NCBI GenBank assembly: GCA_001949185.1
Contig: BDGG01000013.1
Coordinates: forward strand, 879,226-943,225
Direction: 5' to 3'
Length of the DNA: 64,000 nucleotides
From: Ramazzottius varieornatus
Taxonomy: Eukaryota; Animalia; Tardigrada
The notes under the pieces were generated by a model. It saw only the letters and a program-made list of their open reading frames with translations. It made no database searches and had not been told where the DNA came from. Shown here piece after piece: positions 51,843 through 64,000 of this stretch; within the stretch, counting starts at the first letter, position 1, and every line of letters starts with the position of its first letter. The position numbers and the translations under genes are program-made.

Positions 51843-53123
51843 CAGCCACTGGCAGCCAAGTGTTCACTTCTCATGAAAAAAGTTCTTACTTCCTTCAGAC
51901 AACAGATAACCTCTTCATTTAACTTCTACATGACCACCGTGTCTATCCAGCATCGTTTGGACATGACCTTGCCAAGAGGAAAGCGTACTCCGAATTTCAG
52001 CGATATCATAACTTTCACAGACTTTTTTGATAACGCTAATGAGGCCTTTTATGGTGGTCGCCTTCCGCTCAGACAAAATTCTCTTGAGATTCCCGTTGAT
52101 CCCGTAGTCCAAAGGGGCTAAGTCAGGGCTGTTCGCCATCCAAATCTCCTTCGGAAGATACTTGACACGATGATCATTGAGGTACTGGATGGTCAGCTTG
52201 GCCGTGTGAGATGGAGCACTGTCCATGTGGAAGATGACATCTTTCGCCGAATTCCCGTAGGGCCTGGGAATGTCTTCATGGATCATCTTCGACAGGATTT
52301 CATCAATGAAGTACTGGGCTGTCACCTTGGCAGAGCCGTTTACGACGTAGGCGCGCGACATTCCGAACCAGCAGATTCCGATGGCGATCATGACTTTCTT
52401 GGGCCACTGCTTGGTCGTCTTTTTCTTCCACTCTTCAGGAATTTCTGCCGATCCATCAGTCCAAAAGTGATCTGTATCCACATTGCAGTCATCAAGACTG
52501 ATCCAAGTCTCGTCCATAGTGAAGATATGACGGACTTTGAATGGACCTAGATACGAGATAAAAAGTTTCCCCCGCTCATACCTCTGTTTCTTCTGGGCTT
52601 CCGTGAGGTGATGCAGTTTCCTCTTCTTGCGCACTTCCAATCCAAGATTCTGGTGGATCATCCGGCCTACACTGCGGATGGATACTTGGAGCTTCTTCTA
52701 TAGCGAGTCAGGATTCTTCTTGACGACAGCTTTCTTGACTTTGTTGACATTGTCCTGGGTGCATGCAGAGGAAAGGTTTTGCGGAGGAAGACGTTTCGCC
52801 GGTTTGGTCCATCCATTTCTCTCCTTTTCTTTCTCCCGGCAAATCTTGAGCACTGTGCGACGACTCAGTGAAACCCCTTGGCTGGCAAGACTCTCAGAAA
52901 TTTTAGGGTAGGTGAAACCTTGATCGCGTAAAGCGATCACCAAGGAAGATGTTTCAAAAGAAGTTTTTCCAGGCATGTTGAAAGATTGTTCTTGGAAAAG
53001 TTCTTCAAACGATAATGGAAGGATCGTTTTTTGATTGATTAGCTGAGATGGTTGCGCAATAGGTACAGGGATTTTTGTTTTGAGTCGCGTTTTGAAAAGT
53101 GAACACTTGGCTGCCAGTGGCTG
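51843..53123 (-). mobile_element. Full-length Tc1/mariner element, maT (DD37D) family, one in-frame stop
   Basis: Perfect 27-bp TIR cagccactggcagccaagtgttcactt with TA TSD. Transposase MPGK (52977) to 51915 with MDETW, HMDSAPSH, NSPDLAPLDY (37 residues between 2nd and 3rd D). TAG at 52698-52700. Confidence 0.92.
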
Positions 53124-53316
53124 TAATCCACATTTCAATGGATCGCCAGACTGTGTCCTTGAAAGATAAAGTGTTCGTCATCTATCAACATTAATTTTAA
53201 AGCGGATCGAGCCTTTCCAGAAAATGTAATCAGTCGAAAAACACATGAGGTTAATGCCGGTAACGAGACCGGAAGACAATACCAGTCGAGACTGAGGTTC
53301 TTAAAAATACTTGAGA

Positions 53317-53722
53317 TTAACTCGCTATAGCTTGGCCGATTTCTTTTCCGCCCTGGCCAACCGCCTCGACAATTCCTTTCCCAGCATTACCGACAGCCTG
53401 TCCGACGGTTGCCACTTTAACGAAAGGCTGCATTATGGCTCGCCCAACGGTAATGAAAGGCTGGACAACTGCGTTGATGACAGGTTGGACCACAGCACGG
53501 AGCGCCGTCACTCCCGCGTGGCCGATCTGTTTTAGACCAGCGCCAGCTTCCTGCCGGGCGCCTTGCAAGGTCTGACCGTCAACGCTGGAAATCTACGAGG
53601 ACACACGGTGCGAGGTTAGTTATACTACCCTAAAAACTGAACACAAAGATCGACGTTCACACTCTACCTACGAGAAAACAAATAGAGATGGTAATCACCA
53701 GGCGAAGAAGTGATATGTTCAT
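53317..53722 (-). CDS. Small secreted Gly/Ala/Val-rich amphipathic repeat protein, unknown family
   Basis: Exon 1 MNISLLRLVITISICFL, phase-0 GT-AG intron, exon 2 ISSVDG-QTLQGARQEAG...GKEIGQAIAS*. TATA-like tataca ~85 nt upstream. Confidence 0.72.
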
Positions 53723-54649
53723 GTTGTAGGCACAAAAAACGAAGGTCTGGTTGCAGGCTAGTAGAAAATTCCAGACGGGTTGTCGTTTGAAGAGTAGCAT
53801 GCAATGTATAAGGTGGAAAGTCAACTTCAATAAGAGCTCCTAAAGATGTTGTGATTATGCTGTTCGATAACGGTTTGTGAAATTTCTGCAGTCGTCATTT
53901 ACAAAAACAAGCAGCGTGTTTTTCTTATGCATGCCACAGCGGGGGTGCAGCGCGAGCCGCGAAATTTGTTGTAACAAACACCGTCACACACTCTATTGAT
54001 GCGGAAAACTACGCGGAAGCTGTGTTATCAAAGTCACCAACTGAAGTACCCGTGTCTCGGGTACAGTCTGCCACACAACCACAACGCCATGTGAACAATC
54101 CCACTACCGACCACTGTGAAAAACGTAATGGGCGTGCGAGACCGAAACTTTGTTCTACTCTTATTTCGTATTTTTGCGAACTACCATGTGTTTTCCAGAC
54201 GGTAGTCCGCAACGCTCTTTGACCAGCAAGAAACCAATCAGTCTGTCTGCAGCAACCAATGTATCTAGCCAAAAGAAGGAGTCGCCGCCTGCAGGTTTCA
54301 GCCAACACGGTAAAAGTGCTCGTTCGTGAAGAAGCGTTATCCCTCCAGGTAATTACAGGCAATCTAATCGGTTTGATGTCGGTTATATCATGGCACTTTA
54401 GTCTCGTCATGCGGTTTCTGCACCAGTCATACCTTAGTACCCTTGAACTGCTGATACGATAAACGAAGACCCTAACTGGAAAACCAGTCTTCAATTAATA
54501 CAGCATCAGTGTCGCACCAGCAGCCTATGCAAAGTGGTTGCTTTTTCTTATTCCTACATTTACAGCCAGTAAACCACCGCTGGGAGCCTTTCTTCGTCCG
54601 TTTTTTTTTCATCGTTTTTCGCGCGTTGTACGGGTAGCAGTCCTGAAAG

Positions 54650-57062
54650 ATGCTGCTGTGGATTGTCAGTATACTTGCTGGCTTGATAGGCTATTCCGTC
54701 TAGTAAGGGCAAATCTCTGTTCGCAAAGTCAGCATCAAACTGTTGACAAACGAAAAAGTCATATCTCTTCGCTCTTTTCTTGTTCTGCAGCCTGTCTATC
54801 CAAAAGTATGAGTACTGGCGAAAACGTGGTGTACCGGGACCTCGTGCAGTTCCGATTCTCAACCAGTTTCTCGACTTTAGCAAGGTAAGACAAGGGTTTT
54901 GTACCCTCAGCTAAGTCACGCTGGTATCAGAGCAGACTCAGTCTGGTGTGCACACTTAATGGGTTTGTTTTATTCATAGAAAGGCATAGGAGGGTTCGAT
55001 CTCGGTCTTATAAAGAAGTTCGGACGAGTGTGCGGCTATTACGATACAGGACCAATACTGCTGGTGTCGGATCCGGAAATGCTGAAAGATATTATGGTCA
55101 AGGACTTTTCCGTCTTCGCTAACCGCCGAGTATGCAGTTTTCTTCCCCACTAATCGCTATTACGTATAACTTTGTCCCACGTATACTTTAGGATTTCGAT
55201 CTCAACGGTCCGATCATGGAACTGAACGTCAGCGTTCTTCGGGATCAACACTGGAAGGTAAAATTCTTTCACGACAGCATGGGCAGAAAGCAGCACGCAT
55301 GCTCCTTTTTATAGCACGTGCGCAACGTTCTGGTTCCCGCATTTAGTTCGGGCAAAATGAGACAGGTTAGTAGGACTTAGCAGATCATCTGCGAGAAGGC
55401 TTGTGAGGAACAATGTATGGTTCTTGGGTAGATGGAACATCTCATCACTGATTGCTGTGAAACAATGGGGGCTCATATGGACAAGGTGGCCAAGAATGGA
55501 GAAGACCTTGATGTCAAAGAGTAAGTAACTTATTTCGTCCATTTATCGATAGGAAGCTTGCAATGAGATTCGGACTCTTGTACCTTTCTCCTCGTAGGTA
55601 CTTCAAGCGAATAACCATGGACGTGATCTCCTCGACCTTTTTCGGCACCAAGACTGATACACAAAGCAACCCCAACAGCCCGTTCGTTAAGAACGCTTTG
55701 AAGATATTCGACATTTCCATCTTCAATCCTGCATTTCTCGTAGCCTGTAAGTACCTACGTTCAATAGGCAGAACTAGAATATATTATTATTACAATCGAA
55801 ATACTTTGTGTGGTCTAGTTATTTTTCCAAGTTTCATTCCTTACGCCAAGAGACTGAAAATACAGTCAATTCCTCGCCGTCCCATGGAGTATCTCGTGTC
55901 GGTGATGAAAGAAATTTTGGAGATGCGAAAGAGCTCAGGACAGGTGAATGCGCAGTCTTCGAGGGAACTGTCGATGACTCTCATCGCGTTGGTTGATCAC
56001 GCAGGTACGCCGGGATTTTCTGCAAATGATGGTCAAGGCCATGGATCAGAATGAAGGTGGCAAAAGACCAACGAAAGAGTACGAGGAAGATGGACCAGAT
56101 GTGCTGTCTGACGCCCTGTCGGTTGACTCTCCATCCCAACAGCAGCCTGCCCACCAAGAGCAACGGATTAACCGCACACTGACGGCCGATGTACAGTCTG
56201 AACCCTCAATGAGAAATGTTACTGTATGGTCAAACTCCATGTCTCTGTTGCAGGAAGTAATGGCTCAATCAATGATTTTCCTGCTGGCAGGCTTCGAGGT
56301 ACGCTCCGTCTGTCGTTTATGGTATTCGCAGGACTAAAGAAGTCTAGCTTGCACTGGTTTCAGACTACGGCGAGCACACTTACCTTCATGACGTATCTTC
56401 TATCCATACACCCCGAAATCCAGGAACGCCTCCGCAAAGAAATTCAGCAAGTTATTGGCAGAGATGTCCAGCCAACCTACGACCTCATCGCTCAAATTCC
56501 TTATCTGGATCAGTGCATCAACGAAACCCTCAGACTATACCCTCCGGCCTCTCGAACAGAACGAGAGTGTAGTGAAGACTGGACCTGGAAGAACTTGACC
56601 ATTGAGAAAGGCACGACCATCGGCATCCCCATCTACGGCCTGCACCACGATCCTGAATTCTGGCCCGAGCCCGATTGCTACAACCCCGACCGCTTCTCCG
56701 AAGAGAACAAGCACAAGATTATTCCGTTTACCTTCTTACCTTTTGGCCAAGGACCACGAAACTGCGTTGGCATGAGGTATGATGACAGCGAGTTTCCTGT
56801 TGAGTTACTCATACCAGTCTTGTTTTGGTCTTCCAGGTTTGCCATTTATGAAATCAAGATGGTGATGGTCAGTATCCTTCTAAAGTATCGGATCATGCCA
56901 TCTACCCGCATGGTGGGTCGCCTGAGACAGCTGGAAGCCGGCGTAACCCCTTACACCTTCAATGTCTAGTCTTTTTGTTTGTAGGGTTCGCTGGTACTCA
57001 AGGATTGGGGTTTAATCTCTTCGAAGGATGCACTGTGGATCAAGCTAGAAAAGGCGCACTAG
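54650..57062 (+). CDS. Cytochrome P450 (clan 3, CYP3A-like), copy 5
   Basis: ATG 54650 MLLWIVSILAG; AGFE|TTASTL, ETLR, YNPDRF, FGQGPRNCVG; TAG at 57060-57062. Closest to copy 3. Confidence 0.92.
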
Positions 57063-58365
57063 GTTTCCCATTACCGCAGATTGTGCCATAAGATTGGTTC
57101 ATTTGTCAATCCGGCTCTTCACCGCGCTTCTTTGCATGGCTTTGGCATATATATTGTACAGTAATTCAGAAGACAAAACTTCGTGCCGCGTTTAGCTGTC
57201 AAAAATTTACGGAGGAAATCCCTCCTGCAATATCCAGCGATCGTTGAAACTCTACTACCGTAGACGACTCCAGATCAACGCCATCCTAGTATTACCCTAC
57301 GCACCGCTATTGGGTGTGCCCCTGTGGGAACCAAAGAGTCTTCTTGTCGTTACTGTGCTTAGGCGCATACATAAAGTGCTTTGGTTTTGCTTTACCTGAA
57401 CGGACGAAGGCAGGAGACTTGTCTGTGCACGATATGTCGATCGTTTTGCAGCCATCAAGAACAAATTTAATGAACGTTGGGGAAAGGAGGGTGCTCCTGA
57501 TGCATGTTTGCGAGCACATGGGGGCGAGGACTGCCTTGTTACGGATCAATCACTTATCCACGTACCTCATACGAAAACAGTCCTGGCGGCCAGCCAAGCA
57601 GCTTGCTTAAATACAGGAATTTTCGAGCGACAAGAATCCTGGCCTCAAGCCTGGCAGCTCGAAGATCAAAAACCCACGCGGGTTGATACTTACAGTTACC
57701 CCCCGCCTTGAACCGTATCGTGCGCTCGCTGGTCGAGCGCGGTCCTAGCCGCCAGGTTTCCTCGATCAGTAGGTCCCAGCCTTCAAAACGCAAAAAAGAC
57801 GCGACGAGGCAGGTTTGACCGTGGATTCGACCACGAGCTGCAAGGCAAGGGTTAAAACACCTAATTGAGGACAACCGTTATATATACCACTGGGTCAGAA
57901 AGCACTTACCAACTTGAACAGGCAATTTTTTCCTCCGGAAATGAAACGTATTTTTTTAAACTTTGTGAAATTTTCGAAGTCTCAACCACACCTCTGGAGG
58001 CGTCACCAGACTGCTCGTGACGTATTCCTTGCCCGAACCTTTATTTAACCTGGAGTAGTGTCGTCCAGGCAGTGGCCTAGTGAAAACCTAGCGCAAACTG
58101 CTTGACTCATTTTCGTACGAATACAGTGACTATAGTCCCGGAAAAGGCGGAAACTGTACAACTACCTGAAAACGATGGCCATAATTATCTGTGGCATCTG
58201 GTGCATAATCCTCGCGTTTCATTAGTGTTCAATGAACTAACACACCACGCCAGTTCACAGCCCTGAGGTTGATCATAGCAATTCGAGAAGGGAACCGAAA
58301 ACCTCGAGGAGAAGATTAAAGAATCTGCTTTGCATGTTACTCAAAAAATTTAGACAAATTTCCTT

Positions 58366-59817
58366 TTACGACGTGCGATTCTTTTCCGCCGCTTGCATAG
58401 CACTGACGATACTTGACATCATGGCACTTAAAGCCTTGTCCCATGCCTGATGCACAACATCGGTCCAAGAATCTTTGAACACATCTGCTAGTAAAGCTGC
58501 AGTGGAGGTATCTAAGTCCTGCCAAGCACAAAAATACTATATGAATGAGCGAAAACAGAGAGTCACAAACGTCAATGTCGTCCCAGTTACAGGGTCTCTT
58601 GCCAAAAGAAACTGGAGCATATCCATACGGTACCTCAAAGGCTTGATGATTGAGTCCACGCCGATCGTGATCCTGACCAGTCTTCTCCAACAACAGAGCT
58701 ACAGTATCTGTTACAACATAACGCCACTACATACTGTATTTGCTCCTGGAAATCGTGCTCGATGCGAAACAGAAATCTTTGTAAATGATCGTACCAACAT
58801 CGTCCAAGTTTTCTGAGTTGGAAAGGAAACATCATGCGTCAGTGGTTGAACGATGGCGGTACAAAGTAAAATCGAAAGCAGCGCCACCTACCCACGATCG
58901 AGTCGAGCGCACTGGAAATTAAAGAGGAAGAAATGGTTAGGTTTCGGATACAGTATATGAATAGTTTGTAAGCTTTCACATGCTGGAAGCTTCCCACGGG
59001 CATACGCACTTGATATACCTACTTCAACACTGTGGTGCCATGAGCCTTTAGGCGCGGATGTGACTTGAGTTTTTCGACAGGAATATCCCGAAACTTCTTA
59101 AACGCTTGAATGTACTGTGGAAACATCGTAAAGTACCTGAAACAAGCGTTTCAATATTCACATGCAATAGCTACAGTGCGGCGAAGCCAAGTTGTCCCAG
59201 TTTTTCTGAAACGTCTGCCTGTCCCTTCGAGTGAGTGTCACGACATATCAGGATCACCGATGGATAGCGCCAACGTTTTCTCTTCCATTAGTCGACCGGA
59301 TAATCCTTGTTCGTCAAGGGTAACCGAAATTCTAATGCAAAACCTCAAGAGCAACGGATTAACCGATTTTTTCATTAATTTGCAAAATGAATTTTATATT
59401 TAGATATCCAAACGAAATGTAGAAAGTCGGAGAAGCATGTTTAGCGTTCCGAAAAACCGTAGTACGTCCGAAAAACATCAACCTGAATTCAATAAAAATT
59501 TGAAGCTCTCGGTTGCGAGAAACTAAAACTCGAGAAAAAATTTGCAGCAGGAACACGTGACATCCAGAAGGGATGCATTTCTTGCATATTGAGCTTACCT
59601 AAATACTATCAATAGCATCGGCCTTGACTCGGGCTCACCTGTCAAAAATCTCGATGCCGACGGTACTACGTCCCAGTTTCAGCAACTCCTGCCATGACCG
59701 CTGAACGAGTAGCCGTTCCCTGGTGGTCAAACCGGTGACCGGGTTAATTTCCTCCATCGAAACATTTTGCGCGGTGGTCAAAGCATCGAGATCCGCTTTC
59801 AGGGTAACTTGATCCAT
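58366..59817 (-). CDS. Globin (myoglobin/cytoglobin-like fold with N-terminal extension)
   Basis: GLTTRERLLVQRSW, YFTMFPQYIQAF (CD1 Phe), LKAHGTTVL (E7 His), KTGQDHDRRG (F8 His), HQAWDKAL; multi-exon. Confidence 0.88.
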
Positions 59818-60441
59818 GTCCGGATCGAAATCAGTTCGTCAAAGTGGGATCAACAAAGCAAAACTTTGTGGGAAATTCCCTGTCGTTCTAAGTCTGTTTT
59901 ACTTATCCGCGTTACTGAAACCAAGGGGAAAACCGAATGGTGGTAGTTTTTATGTGTGGTTAAAGCGCTAACTGATAACGAACCATGTCAGACGTTTATC
60001 TCTTTATTGAAGCCACTTAATGGCAAGCAGCGTTCGAGGCCGATTTTGTCGAGGATTAATGGCTGACACGTCGTGCTCGGACCGGTCGTCGTAACTGACT
60101 TGCGGATTGTTATCGTTCTAACTTCCTAAGCGAAACAAAAGTGCCGCGTATTCTTCTGACAGCTGTCAGCCCGTCACACAGATCGTGTCTTTATTGAGCC
60201 TGCATAATCTTTCAGACAGGACAGTGCTGCCTCCTATCAGTACGTCCTATCACTCTCTTATCAAAATCTTCACGATTGGAATCAAAGCAGAACACAACCA
60301 GTGTCAGTCAAAGCCCGAGAAATCACACAATCTCTCACACTGTTTCTGACCTTCTAATGCAATAACGACGATGCAACCTGCAAAATTTGCGCTGCGACTA
60401 ATCAAACTTTGAGCTCTCTTGACTCATCAAACTTCGGCAGA

Positions 60442-62739
60442 ATGGCACCGACTCCGGCGACGGGTCACCTTCAACTGTACACATATTTCCGAAGTTCGTG
60501 CTCCTGGAGAGTACGCATCGCCCTGGAATGGAAAGGCATTCCGTACGAGTCCATCTTCGTTCACCTGTTGAAGAACGAGCAGAATGACGAAGAATACGGA
60601 CAAGTTAATCCGATGCATCAAGTGCCGGCTTTGGTCATCGACGGTCAGTGTCTCACCCAGTCCCTGCCGATTATAGAGTACCTGGACGACAACTTCCCTG
60701 ATCGTCCATTGCTGCCTAAAGACCCTCTTCAACGCTTTCGTGTAAGGCAGATTTGCGAGATTATCGCTTCCGCCATCCAGCCTATGCAGAACTTGGCAGT
60801 TTTGAAAATGGTAAGATATGAAACACTATTTTGGTGCACGTTACGCCTGTTTCGAACACGGATGTGGGTGGCGGTGCTGAAAGGGGTCCTTTCATGCCTT
60901 TCATGTTATTCACAGGCATGCAAATCATGCCTGTGAATAGTGGCAAGGTTTTTCGGCCCCCCCCCCCCTCAGGCCACAACCCAAGAGGTCCAAATCGCTT
61001 GCGGGCTGCATCACAGATGACGTCAAAATGACGTAACCCTCAAGCGGACACCTAGGGGTTACGGCATTCTGACATCGATATTGCGCCAGCCACGAGCGGA
61101 TCTGGACCTCTGCGGCACACCAACAACCCTTCTTTATTAGCGCACCATGCCATATCACTCAAAAGCACGACTGACCTAATGTAACAATATCCGAATGAGA
61201 GGCATAACCGCGGTGAGCAGGCGCAGCAGGTCGGAAGTAACAGCTGTGTAACCGCCAATACCCGTGTCGCTCACCAACTTAGGTGTAGCGCTCAAGTCGC
61301 TAATACAAAGTTCTTTGTTTCTCTCCTCAGCCAAAATTTTTCCAACGTGAAACACGCAGAAAGCAAACCTTCGGCAAGTCATATATAGAAATCTGACGTT
61401 AGTTGAAATTAATAACAGAAAAACTTGTTCATTGTATGCGAGACGAAAAATACCGGCGCCTAGCCCACCTCAAAGATGTATGGTGAGACAAGAACGCGGT
61501 TCTAGAAATCATCAAAGGCGGATAAACATTTCCTCTTCCGGCAATTCTTTGTAATTCTTGGCAGGCTGAGGTTATTGAGCCAATATCTGGCCATCGCGCA
61601 ACAGTATCCTAATAGCTTTGCCCTGGCTCCTCCGACTTCGTCTACCTTCAGTTCAGGGAGCGAGAAGATTTCCCGAGGATGTACACGCACGACGGGAAAT
61701 CATGGGGCCAGTAAAAATTATGGGACCAGGCATTTCGCTGCGGCGNNNNNNNNNNNNNNNNNNNNNNNNNNNNNNNNNNNNNNNNNNNNNNNNNNCATAA
61801 TTTCCCGTCGTTCGTGTACTAGAAAAAAAGCACTGCTTGCAAAATCGGTTCAGAACGATATGATGGGCTTATGTAGCACTCGATGATGAGGAACTTACAA
61901 AGTACTGCAGATAGGATATCTGTCTATTGAGGCGCTGTAATCTTCAGCAATTTCGCTACACCAACTCCATGTCGCTTCTTGAAGGTCACGAGTCTGTCCC
62001 GTCCAATAAATTTCGCTTATCAATTCCCATCCATACCGCTGCCAGCCGGTCCCCTTATTGGACCCAGATGGATCAGCGCTTGGGCCAAACTTCTGCTTCA
62101 GCTCGACCAGCAGGACCCTTGAAACGAAGAAGGCTTCCTTTGGGCAGATCCGTTCCATATCTCGATCCGACACAGTGGACCAGCATGCAAATGCTGAAGT
62201 GATACCACAGTTGACCTCCATCATATCCGAGGAATAAGACAACTCCCAAGACACCTGAAGCAAAATTCGCTGATTAATCGATCGGATTAGAGTAATTTCG
62301 CTTGTTGAATGTGCGAGTTCTAACATCCGGGAACGGGTTATTTCGGAACGGCTTATATAGTTCGAGCAGGATATTAAGATAGGGCGAGATCTGTACAGAC
62401 ATAACGGCACGGGTAATCTGACATTTTGAGTTTTAGGTATCGGATTACGGAGGGAACAAGACGGACTTTGCGGCGTTTTTCATCAAGAAAGGCCTGGCTG
62501 CAGTAGAGGCCATCCTGAGAGAAACCAGCGGCACATATAGCGTCGGCGATGACGTCACGATGGCCGATGCCTGTCTGGTCCCACAAGTGGCTTCCGCGGA
62601 GCGCTTCAACGTCGACCTCGAACCTTACCCCAACATTCGACGGATCTGCGCGGCTTTGTCGGAGCTGGAACCTTTCAAGAAGGCTCACGCTTTTGCTCAA
62701 GATGACTGTCCAGACGAACTTCGCTGGTCAAAACTTTAA
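60442..62739 (+). CDS. GSTZ1: Glutathione S-transferase zeta / maleylacetoacetate isomerase
   Basis: LYTYFRSSCSWRVRIAL, NPMHQVPAL, QSLPIIEYL, IQPMQNL; exon 2 from 62437 with VGDDVTMADACLVPQV. Intron 60811-62436. Confidence 0.92.
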
Positions 62740-63180
62740 AGATTGTGTCTGGAACAGTATCATACTCCATTAAGCATAGACCAATTACCAGCTTTGTCAT
62801 TTTCTTTCGTGTGGAATATTGCTCGAACACACGGAGAAGGTGCGGTAACAGAATGACAAGAAACTTTTTGGGGTCCATACACATAAGACCATCGATCCAA
62901 GGGCGAACAACGCCATGTACTCTATCCTTTCTCGAAGATATTGTGTCATTATTAGAGACAAGCATCTTTTTCTGATCGCGATATGCCGAAGTAAGAATCA
63001 GATGTTGCTTCGCGGCTTTCCTGACTTGGTCTAGTCTTCCGGAACTCCTCCGTCTATCAGCTCGGTCGAAGTTCAGAACTTCTCAAATCGATTTACAGCT
63101 TTGGTCAAAAAAGTTTTCTCTTTATTGAGGTGACCCGGAGTCTTATTGCTGCAGTACCAGATCTAGACCGGCAGAACCGG

Positions 63181-64000
63181 ATGGCCTCCATCGACTCCTC
63201 GAACGGACCGACCAAGCTCTACACCTACTTCCGCAGCTCATGCTCCTGCTGCGTCCGAATCGCTCTTGAATGAAAGAAAATTAAATATGAGTCCATCTAC
63301 ATCGATCTGTACAAGGGTGACCACAACTAGAAAGAGTTTGAGAGGCTCAACCCCATGCAGCAGGTTCCGGCTCAACTCATCAACAAGCAGTGCTTAACAC
63401 AGTCCTTGGCCATCATCGAATATCTCGACGAAGTCTTCCCAGAACGACCATTGCTGCCCAAAGACCCTCTGCAACGCTTCATTGTCCGACAGATCTCGGA
63501 GACCTTCGCTTCGGGAATTCAGCCCTTGCAAAATCTCGGCTGTTTACTGAAAGTACGTAGTGGCAACTCACGTTACAACTGGAATGTTGGCAAACGAGAC
63601 GTACAAAATCGTTCCAGCAAGTGGCGCACGATCTCAGTGTATTCGGCTGAGCGCGTGCGCCACTTGGTGAACTCGACAAGGTGGCTTACCAAGTGGACCT
63701 AGTTTTCAGCCTTATTGGCTGGGAGTGTGCGCCACTCTAGAAAACGGTCTGGTTGGAGCTAGATGCTCACGTTCCCAACGTTATCCGTTCCCTGATTGAC
63801 ACATGATTGATTTTGTGATTTGTAGGTGTCCCATCAAAAGGAAAAGAGGATCGAGTTCGCGGCTTACTTCATCCGAAAAGGCTTTGACGCCCTCGAGAAG
63901 CTGCTGAAGGACACGAGTAGCAAGTACTGTGTGGGCGATTACGTCGCGATGGCCGACTTGTGCCTGATTCCACAAGCTGCCGCGGCTGAACGTTACAACG
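63181..64000 (+). pseudogene. Second GST-zeta copy, pseudogene (runs off the window)
   Basis: LYTYFRSSCSCCVRIALE*...DHN*KEF: two in-frame stops (~63270 and ~63328) in exon 1; exon 2 from ~63826. Confidence 0.88.

Noticed and set aside
63268-63332. TGA in the second GST as possible selenocysteine or readthrough
   Set aside because: TGA replaces a conserved Trp and a second stop (TAG) follows, which fits ordinary pseudogenisation.

Overview
Eukaryotic (invertebrate) genomic DNA with very short GT-AG introns and 50-N scaffold gaps. The gene families present (clan-3 CYPs, an ANF-receptor-type guanylyl cyclase, CAP, astacin) suggest a compact animal genome such as a tardigrade; this is an inference only. 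The backbone is a tandem cluster of five CYP3A-like cytochrome P450 genes on the + strand (one partial, one with a premature stop), followed by a globin and two zeta-class GSTs (one a pseudogene). Two large blocks interrupt the cluster. Block 1 (~5.7-34 kb) holds only broken, intron-retaining genes (CRISP-like, astacin, H2A, receptor guanylyl cyclase), several MITEs, a CRE-clade LINE and a DIRS/Ngaro fragment. Block 2 (~41-53 kb) holds MULE, hAT and maT (DD37D) transposon remnants. The most unusual item is at ~17.9-21.7 kb (- strand): a co-oriented module of Cys-rich ORFs, an SGNH/GDSL hydrolase and a CGGBP1-type hAT transposase. It is followed by GAAA-tetraloop hairpins and a sequence that folds by hand as an HDV-like self-cleaving ribozyme. 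All calls were made by eye, without database searches.
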